A stretch of DNA of 32,000 nucleotides. It comes from Kineococcus radiotolerans SRS30216 = ATCC BAA-149 (lineage in GTDB: Bacteria; Actinomycetota; Actinomycetes; Actinomycetales; Kineococcaceae). Of the stretch, positions 6,859 to 15,840 are shown in pieces. Position numbers and translations under genes: made by a program. Under the pieces are notes generated by a model that ran no database searches, had not been told where the DNA came from, and saw only the letters and a program-made list of their open reading frames with translations. The DNA is taken from positions 630,001 to 662,000 of the forward strand of contig NC_009664.2 of assembly GCF_000017305.1 (NCBI RefSeq), in the 5' to 3' direction. Position 1 is the first letter of the stretch. Every line of letters starts with the position of its first letter.

Positions 6859-9041
6859 GCGCCCGCCCCCTGCGGCAGCGGGTGCAGCAGACCGCCCCCG
6901 CGCAGGAGCTCCGCGAGGGCCTCCCGGGGCAGCGGCCGCGAGTACAGCCAGCCCTGCACGGCCTCGCAGCCCAGGTCGCGCACGACCGCGTCCTGCTCCA
7001 GGGTCTCCACGCCCTCGGCGACGATCCCCAGGCCGAGGGTCCGGGCGAGGGAGACCACGGCCGCGGCCACCGCGCGCGCGGGGCCCCCCTGCACGCCGTC
7101 GACCGCGGTGCGCAGGTCGCGGACGAAGGAGCGGTCGACCTTGAGGTGGTCCACGGGCAGGTCCTTGAGGTAGGCCAGCGAGGAGTAGCCGGTGCCGAAG
7201 TCGTCGATGGCGACCCGCGCCCCGTCCCGGCGCAGCTCCTCCAGGACCGTGCGGCAGGCCCGCAGGTCGCTGGCCAGGGCCGTCTCGGTGACCTCCAGGC
7301 AGAGGTCGCTCAGCTGCAGGCCGGCGCCGGCGACCGTGCGCCGGACCCCGGCGGCGAACCCCTCGGCCGCGAGGCTGACCGCGGAGACGTTGACGGCGAC
7401 GTGGGTCGGGGTGAGCGGCAGGTCCCCGGCGGCGTGCGCGGCCCGCCAGGTCGCCAGGTCGCGGCAGGCCACGGCCAGGACGTGCGCGTCGAGGGCGGGC
7501 ACGAGGTTGGCGCGCTCGGCCAGCTCGATGAAGGTGTCCGGGGGGATCGCCCCGAGCTCGGGGTGCGTCCAGCGGCACAGGGCCTCGAGGCTGAGCACCT
7601 GCGCGGGCCGGCCCGGGCGCACGATGGGCTGGTAGTGGACGTCGACGGCCCCGCGGGAGAGGGCCTCGCGCAGGTCCGCGACCAGCCGCAGGGCGCGGCG
7701 GGCGCGGTGGCGGACGTCCTCGTCGAGCAGGGTCCAGCGGCCCCCGCCGGCGGCCTTGGCCTCGTGCACGGCGATGCCCGCGTCGCGGACGACCTCCTCG
7801 GGCCCGCAGCTCGACCCGTCGAGCAGGACGACCCCGATGCTGGCGCTCAGCCGCAGGCGCAGCCCGTTGACCTCGACGGGGGCGAGGACGGCGTCCAGGA
7901 CGCGGCGGGCGGTGGCCTCCACGGCCCCGAGGTCGTCGAGCCCGGCGCAGACGAGGACGAACTCGTCCCCCCCGGGGCGGGCGACCACGTCCCCGGAGCG
8001 GACGGTGCCGGCCAGCCGGCGGGCGATCTCGACCAGGACGGCGTCCCCGGCCTCGGGGCCGAGGCCGTCGTTGACGGTCTTGAAGTCGTCGAGGTCGACC
8101 ATGAGGACCCCGACGTCGGTGCCGGGGCCGGGGGCCTCGCCGGGCAGGGCCAGCAGGTCGGCGAGGCGCTCCAGCAGGGCGAGCCGGTTGGGCAGGCCGG
8201 TGAGCAGGTCGTGCTGGGCCTGGTAGGCCAGCCGGTGCTCGCGGGCCAGGCGGTCGGTGACGTCCTCGACGGTGCCGATGAAGCCCGCGCCGTAGCCGGG
8301 GGTGCGGCTGGGGGCCAGGCGGACCGCGACCCAGCGGACCTGCCCGGCGGCGTTGCGCAGCCGGGTGTCGAGGGTGACGCGCTCCCCGGAGAGGACCCGG
8401 GCCACGGCCTCCACCACCCCGCTGCGCTCGTCGTCGACGACGTGGGTGAGCCAGGCGGTGCCGCACAGCTCCTCGGCGGGCAGGCCGATGAGCTCGGCGA
8501 AGGCGTCGTTGACGCGGGACAGCCGGGCGCCGACGTCGGAGACGATGGTCGGGACCGGGGAGCTCTGGGCGAGGGTGGCGAAGCGGTCCTCGGCGGCGCG
8601 CAGCGCGGCCTGGGCCCGTTCGTCCTCGGGCAGGACGACCCCGAGCACCCAGAACCACTCCCACCCCTCGCGCTCGGGGACGGGCCAGGCGACGACCTCG
8701 GTGCGGCGCAGCTCGCCCCCGGAGGTGACGGCGTCGACGGCGCAGCGGGTGCGGCGGTCGCGGGAGAGCCGCTCCAGCTCCGGGGAGCCGTCGCGCGGGC
8801 GCAGCAGCCGGGTCGTGGCGAGGTCGACGAGGTGGTCGGCGGCCACGCCGAACAGGTCGGCGGCGGCGGTGTTGGCCCACCGCACGCGGGTGGCCTCCAG
8901 CGGGGCCGGGGCCTTAGGCCGGGACACGACCAGCACCGGCTGGTCACCGGCGGCCGCGAAGTGCAGCAACGCGGCATCGACACCGGCGGGGGAGGTCTCG
9001 CTCCCCCCGGTGGGGTGACTGCGCCACGCCTCGTTCAGCAC
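6855..9041 (-). CDS. Cytoplasmic PAS-PAS-GGDEF-EAL protein (about 728 aa), putative bifunctional diguanylate cyclase/phosphodiesterase
   Basis: GGDEF is encoded at 7959-7973, with an RSGD (RxxD) I-site 5 residues upstream. EAL is encoded at 7578-7586, together with DDFGTGYSSLAYL, KVDRSF and EGVET. Two PAS-like segments lie N-terminal. The start is set at GTG 9041, where GC3 rises sharply; alternatives are GTG around 9115 or 9163. Confidence 0.85.
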   Translation of the reverse strand: MLNEAWRSHPTGGSETSPAGVDAALLHFAAAGDQPVLVVSRPKAPAPLEATRVRWANTAAADLFGVAADHLVDLATTRLLRPRDGSPELERLSRDRRTRCAVDAVTSGGELRRTEVVAWPVPEREGWEWFWVLGVVLPEDERAQAALRAAEDRFATLAQSSPVPTIVSDVGARLSRVNDAFAELIGLPAEELCGTAWLTHVVDDERSGVVEAVARVLSGERVTLDTRLRNAAGQVRWVAVRLAPSRTPGYGAGFIGTVEDVTDRLAREHRLAYQAQHDLLTGLPNRLALLERLADLLALPGEAPGPGTDVGVLMVDLDDFKTVNDGLGPEAGDAVLVEIARRLAGTVRSGDVVARPGGDEFVLVCAGLDDLGAVEATARRVLDAVLAPVEVNGLRLRLSASIGVVLLDGSSCGPEEVVRDAGIAVHEAKAAGGGRWTLLDEDVRHRARRALRLVADLREALSRGAVDVHYQPIVRPGRPAQVLSLEALCRWTHPELGAIPPDTFIELAERANLVPALDAHVLAVACRDLATWRAAHAAGDLPLTPTHVAVNVSAVSLAAEGFAAGVRRTVAGAGLQLSDLCLEVTETALASDLRACRTVLEELRRDGARVAIDDFGTGYSSLAYLKDLPVDHLKVDRSFVRDLRTAVDGVQGGPARAVAAAVVSLARTLGLGIVAEGVETLEQDAVVRDLGCEAVQGWLYSRPLPREALAELLRGGGLLHPLPQGAGA

Positions 9042-9220
9042 TGGTTCCGTCCACGGTGCTCCCGGCGGCGCCCTCCGTGGTGCCGCATCGGGGGTTCCAT
9101 CGGCACGCAGCGCCACGAGTTGATCGTTCCGGGTGGTGGAAGCGTCCCCCCGCCGCGGCACCCGGGGTCGGCCAGCTGCGGAGCGTGACCACCGGCCCCG
9201 GGTCCCCCGCCGCGCTACCG

Positions 9221-10720
9221 CTACCCCGGGAGCAGGACGAGCACGCTGCGCCGCTGCCACGTCCCCTGGGTGGTGGGCCAGGAGTCGATCCCGAGGGCCG
9301 GGTCGGCGCCGGCGTCGGTCCAGCGCAGGACGAACGGCGTCGGCTGCGCGGGCGGCGGGTCGCGGTGGGTGTAGTTGAACTCCAGCAGCCGGCGCAGGAG
9401 CGGCCCGGACTCGGCGGTGCGGGCGTCGATCACGCCCTGCAGGTAGGAGGGGTCGGAGAACTGGTCGATGATCTCGCAGTCGCAACTGTAGGCCAGGGTC
9501 CCGATCTCCCCCGGCGAGGCGACCCGCTGATCCCCCACGACCCGGCCCACCTCGGCCCCGATCCGCCGGTACTCCGCGGGGGTGGCGAAGTTCGCGAACA
9601 CCGGCGGGTACGGCCAGGGCAGGGACCGCGCGGTGGCGGGGACGCTCACGACCAGCCCGGCGAGCGCGGCCACCGCCAGCGCCCCGGCGACGACGGCGCC
9701 CGGGCGCCGCACGGCCCGCCGGCCCAGCAGGACCCCGGTGCCGAGGACCGCGACGAAGGACAGCGCCGCCATCGGCGGCACGTAGTACCACTGGTACGGG
9801 GGCACGCCCAGCACGCTGTAGACCGCGAAGTACCCGACCCCGCCCACGCCGAGCCCGAGCAGTCCCCCGGTGCCCGGCCGGGCCCGCCGGCGCAGCAGGC
9901 TCAGCACCAGCAGCGCCAGGACGAGCACGCCCAGGGCGGCCGCCACCACGCTCACCGCGACGGTCAGCGGGGTGTTGGGCGCGTAGTGGGTCCACAGCCC
10001 GCGCAGGTAGGTGCGTCCCTCCCCGAAGTTCCGCTGGTTGGTCTTGATGACGAAGGTGTCGGGGATGGCGGAACCCAGCCACCACCAGCTGAACGCGAAC
10101 CACGGCAGGCACGCGACGACGCAGGCCAGCACGGCCAGCGGGAGCCGGCGCAGGATCCCGGTGCAGGCCAGCGCGAGCACCACCACGAAGACCACCATGT
10201 CGAGGCGGGCCAGCAGACCCGCCGCCGCGACCAGCCCGTAGAGCACCGGGCGCCCGGCCAGCCCCGCCGCCAGCAGCCCGGTCATGGCGGTGAACAGCAG
10301 CACCACCTCCAGCCCCAGGGCGGAGACGAGGAAGGGGTTGGCGAGCACGACGACCAGCGCGGCGGCCGGCCACGCCGCGGACAGCTCCAGGCGGGCCGCG
10401 GCGCGCGCGGACCACCAGCCCGCCAGCGCTCCGAGCAGGGTGGTGAGGACCCCGAGCGCGAGTTCCCCGTCCATCCCCGCGAAGGGCTGCACCAGCAGCA
10501 GGCACCCGGCGAGCAGGGCGACGTTCAGCGGCGAGGTGGCCGCGTTCGACATCAGCCCCGGGGTCATCCCCCAGTGGCCGTGCTCGGCGAGGTTCCGCGC
10601 GTAGGACAGCGTGATGTAGGTGTCGTCGATGAGCCCGCGCGACGTCACCCAGCTCAGCAGAGCCCCCAGGACGGCGCCGAAGAGGGCCACGCGCAGGGTG
10701 GTCCGGTGTTCAGGAGGCAT
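9221..10720 (-). CDS. Polytopic GT-C-fold membrane glycosyltransferase-like protein (about 499 aa)
   Basis: There are many hydrophobic helices. An N-terminal loop motif LIDDTYITLSYARNLAEHGHWG resembles the DD-containing first-loop motif of arabinofuranosyl/mannosyl GT-C enzymes. A soluble C-terminal domain of about 130 aa follows. ATG 10720 is preceded by GGTGGGA; GTG 10765 is an alternative. Confidence 0.75.
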   Translation of the reverse strand: MPPEHRTTLRVALFGAVLGALLSWVTSRGLIDDTYITLSYARNLAEHGHWGMTPGLMSNAATSPLNVALLAGCLLLVQPFAGMDGELALGVLTTLLGALAGWWSARAAARLELSAAWPAAALVVVLANPFLVSALGLEVVLLFTAMTGLLAAGLAGRPVLYGLVAAAGLLARLDMVVFVVVLALACTGILRRLPLAVLACVVACLPWFAFSWWWLGSAIPDTFVIKTNQRNFGEGRTYLRGLWTHYAPNTPLTVAVSVVAAALGVLVLALLVLSLLRRRARPGTGGLLGLGVGGVGYFAVYSVLGVPPYQWYYVPPMAALSFVAVLGTGVLLGRRAVRRPGAVVAGALAVAALAGLVVSVPATARSLPWPYPPVFANFATPAEYRRIGAEVGRVVGDQRVASPGEIGTLAYSCDCEIIDQFSDPSYLQGVIDARTAESGPLLRRLLEFNYTHRDPPPAQPTPFVLRWTDAGADPALGIDSWPTTQGTWQRRSVLVLLPG

Positions 10721-10749
10721 GGGCGCATCCCACCACAGCGCCCGCGCAG

Positions 10750-10789
10750 CACGACGGGCGGTCACCGGCCGGGCTGACCGCCCGTCGTG
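10750..10789 (-). terminator. Strong stem-loop after acn, whose 3' arm is tandemly duplicated (copy at 10790-10802)
   Basis: CACGACGGGCGGTC (10750-10763) and GACCGCCCGTCGTG (10776-10789) form a perfect 14-bp stem with a 12-nt loop. It lies 22 nt beyond the acn stop at 10811. Confidence 0.6.
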
Positions 10790-10810
10790 ACCGCCCGTCG
10801 TGGCCGCGGG

Positions 10811-13660
<2,850 letters not shown>

Positions 13661-13752
13661 CGTGAGCTCCTCACTCGTCTTCCGTCGTCGTTGCCGTCGC
13701 CCGATCGTCCCACCGGCGGTGGCGGGATCGCGCGCGGGGTCTCGCGACCATT

Positions 13753-13773
13753 TATCTCGACGTCAAGATACCA
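13753..13773 (-). promoter_or_regulatory. Imperfect 18-bp palindrome overlapping an extended -10-like element upstream of acn
   Basis: TATCTCGACGTCAAGATA (13753-13770) has 8 of 9 symmetric pairs. On the minus strand TGgTATCTT (13773-13765) fits TGn-TANNNT. It is the only AT-rich patch in the 277-bp acn upstream region. Confidence 0.35.
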
Positions 13774-13937
13774 CGCGACCCCCGGCCCCCGCAGGGGCCG
13801 CCCAGGGCCGGCGACGCGTCGCTCCGCGACGGACCACCCGGACGGGTGCACTCGGACGCACTACTGACCGCTTGAGAAGGATCACGCTGGGTCAGCACAG
13901 TGGAGGGCAACGCCCCCGACGGACTCAGGAGCAGCCC

Positions 13938-14303
13938 GTGCACCCCCCGATCTCCCGGCCCCTCGACGTGCCGAGGACCCCCACCCGACCCGCCCGCCCG
14001 GCCCGCCCGGCCCGGCCCACCGCCGCCCACCGGGCGCTGCCCACCCGGCGCCTCCCCCGCGCCGTCGAGCTGGCCGACGCCGGATCGGGCGCGGTCCTGG
14101 CCGCCGTCCTGGACGGCCTGCGCGCCGTCCCCGACAAGCCCGTCCTCGACCTCCGGACCCGCCTGCACGACCTGCTGCGGACGCTGCGGGACCGCGTCGA
14201 CCTCTCCGGCCTGGCCCTGGTCGCCGGCGCCGGAGCCGTCGCCTCGATCGCGTTCACCGCCGTCCTGCTGCTGTGGCTGGCCAGCATCGGCCGGCTCGGG
14301 TGA
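13938..14303 (+). CDS. Hypothetical tail-anchored small protein C (121 aa) with an RPA repeat
   Basis: These are the last 121 codons of track ORF 13215..14303; the rest is antisense to acn. AGGAG lies 6 nt upstream of GTG 13938. It has an (RPA)x3 repeat, then ...GAVLAAVLDGLRAVPDKP..., and a C-terminal hydrophobic helix ALVAGAGAVASIAFTAVLLLWLASI. GC3 is high. Confidence 0.55.
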   Translation: MHPPISRPLDVPRTPTRPARPARPARPTAAHRALPTRRLPRAVELADAGSGAVLAAVLDGLRAVPDKPVLDLRTRLHDLLRTLRDRVDLSGLALVAGAGAVASIAFTAVLLLWLASIGRLG

Positions 14304-14497
14304 ACCCCGTCCACCGCGGGGCGGGGACGCTGGCCCGCCGCCCCGGGCGCTACGTCCCGCGCCACTCCACCCGCGGCCCCGCCCCGCGGTGCGAGGAGGA
14401 CGTGGTGGTGGACCTCACCGGCACCCCCGCGCCGGCGGTCCTCACCGCCGTGCTCGAGGGCCTGCGCGGAGCCCCGGAGGGCGCCGCTCAGCCCTGA
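14300..14497 (+). CDS. Possible small ORF D (65 aa) sharing a motif with protein C
   Basis: GTG 14300 overlaps the stop of C as GTGA. GC3 is high. It contains PAVLTAVLEGLRGAPE, paralogous to GAVLAAVLDGLRAVPD in C (29 of 36 nt identical, 14091-14126 versus 14435-14470). Its 3' end overlaps the convergent methyltransferase gene by 10 nt. Confidence 0.35.
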   Translation: MNPVHRGAGTLARRPGRYVPRHSTRGPAPRCEEDVVVDLTGTPAPAVLTAVLEGLRGAPEGAAQP

Positions 14498-15840
14498 GCG
14501 CGGGGGACGAACCGCGCCACGCACTCCACGTGGTGGGTCTGGGGGAACAGGTCGAAGGCCCGCAGCCCCGCGAGGACGTAGCCGTGCTCGGCCAGGGAGG
14601 CGGTGTCGCGCGCGAGCGCCGCGGGGTCGCAGGCGACGTAGGCGACCGCCCGCGCCCCCAGCGCCGCGACGGCCGCGACCGCCTCGCGCCCGGCCCCGGA
14701 ACGGGGCGGGTCGAGGACCACGACGTCGACCCGGCGGGCGGTGAGCTCCTCGTCCACCAGGGCCTCCTCCACCGCCCCCGCCCACAGCTCCACCTGCTCC
14801 CGCCCGTGCAGGGACCGCCGCGCGTCGCGCACGGCGCGCTCCTCGCCCTCCACGGCCAGCACCGACCCCCCGGCCCCGACCGCGTCGGCCAGCAGCGCGG
14901 TGAACAACCCCGCCCCGGAGTAGAGGTCCAGCGCGCTCTCCCCCGGTCGCGGGTCCAGCGCGGCGAGCACGGCCTCGCCCAGCAGCGTCGGGGCGGCCGG
15001 GTGCACCTGCCAGAACCCCGCGCCGCCGACGCGGAAGGCGTGGTCCTCACCGCGCACGGTGACGCGCTCCTCCACCCAGGTGCGGCCGGACACCCGGTGC
15101 AGCCCGTCGGCGGTGCGCACCGCCACCGAGGCGTCGGGCAGCCGCGGCAGGTGGGCGTGCCGCCCCGGGGTCGGGGTCACCACCACCAGCGGCGGGGCGC
15201 CGTCGGAGCCGGCGGCGACCTCGACGGTCTCGACGTTGCCGAAGCGCTGGGCCAGCACCCCGCTCCCGACCACCCGCTCCGTGCTGATGGGGCAGTCCTC
15301 CAGCGGGACGACGTCGTGGGAGCGGTGCCCGCGCAGGCCGGTGCGGCCCTCGGCGTCGACGGCGAACTGGGTCCGGGTGCGCCAGCGCAGGCCCTCCGGC
15401 CCGGCGCTGGGCGCCTCCTCGACGACCACGTCGAGGTCGAGCCCGGCGAGGCGGTGCAGCTGCTCGGCCACGACCTGCGCCTTCAGCTCGCGCTGCTTCG
15501 CGCCGGTGGCGTGCTGGAAGTCGCAGCCCCCGCACATCCCCGGCCGCGCCACCGGGCACGCCGGCTCGACGCGCGCCGGGTCGGCGCGCAGCACCCGCAC
15601 GGCGTCGGCGCGCCAGAACTTCGCCTCCGCCGCGCCCTCGGTGATCCGGGCCACGACGCGCTCGCCGGGCAGGGCGTGGCGGACGAAGACGACGCGGCCC
15701 TCGTGGCGGGCGACGCAGTGCCCGCCGTGGGCGACCGGCCCGACCTCGACCTCGATCTCGGTGCCGCGGGCGTCCGGCCCCGCCCCGGGGCGGCCCGGGG
15801 ACCGCGGGCGGGTGCGGCGGGCCCGGGTGGGGCCGCTCAC
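14488..15840 (-). CDS. TRAM-domain class I SAM-dependent RNA (uracil-5) methyltransferase, RumA/TrmA family (450 aa)
   Basis: TRAM-like segment IEVEVGPVAHGGHCVARHEGRVVFVRHALPGERV, Cys cluster CPVARPGMCGGCDFQH, SAM motif ALDLYSGAGLF, and C-terminal VVLDPPRSG...YVACDPAALARD. The GTG start overlaps the upstream stop as GTGA at 15837-15840. Confidence 0.85.
   Translation of the reverse strand: MSGPTRARRTRPRSPGRPGAGPDARGTEIEVEVGPVAHGGHCVARHEGRVVFVRHALPGERVVARITEGAAEAKFWRADAVRVLRADPARVEPACPVARPGMCGGCDFQHATGAKQRELKAQVVAEQLHRLAGLDLDVVVEEAPSAGPEGLRWRTRTQFAVDAEGRTGLRGHRSHDVVPLEDCPISTERVVGSGVLAQRFGNVETVEVAAGSDGAPPLVVVTPTPGRHAHLPRLPDASVAVRTADGLHRVSGRTWVEERVTVRGEDHAFRVGGAGFWQVHPAAPTLLGEAVLAALDPRPGESALDLYSGAGLFTALLADAVGAGGSVLAVEGEERAVRDARRSLHGREQVELWAGAVEEALVDEELTARRVDVVVLDPPRSGAGREAVAAVAALGARAVAYVACDPAALARDTASLAEHGYVLAGLRAFDLFPQTHHVECVARFVPRAQG

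Noticed and set aside
9035-9100. A 21-codon upstream ORF (MEPPMRHHGGRRREHRGRNQC) whose stop overlaps the start region of the GGDEF-EAL gene.
   Set aside because: It has no RBS-like sequence upstream, its composition is Arg/His-rich, and it is too short to distinguish from chance. I mention it only as context for the 9042-9220 spacer.
6855-10505. Track ORF of 1216 aa, which suggests a giant signalling protein.
   Set aside because: Only the last roughly 728 codons are protein-like. The upstream part is Arg/Gly/Pro-rich, has low GC3 between 9042 and 9220, and then runs out of frame through the GT-C membrane protein gene (9221-10720). I trimmed it to GTG 9041.
10721-10765. The GTG 10765 start for the GT-C gene, as in the track.
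   Set aside because: The 15 extra codons have lower GC3, and the start would sit inside the 5' arm (10750-10763) of the acn terminator hairpin. ATG 10720 has a GGTGGGA RBS-like element. I keep it only as an alternative.
1040-10800. The idea that the accessory-looking left third is a horizontally acquired island.
   Set aside because: I saw no compositional shift by eye. There is no integrase, transposase or tRNA attachment site and no flanking direct repeats. Gene density and GC3 are the same as in the core part, so it is more likely lineage-specific chromosomal content.
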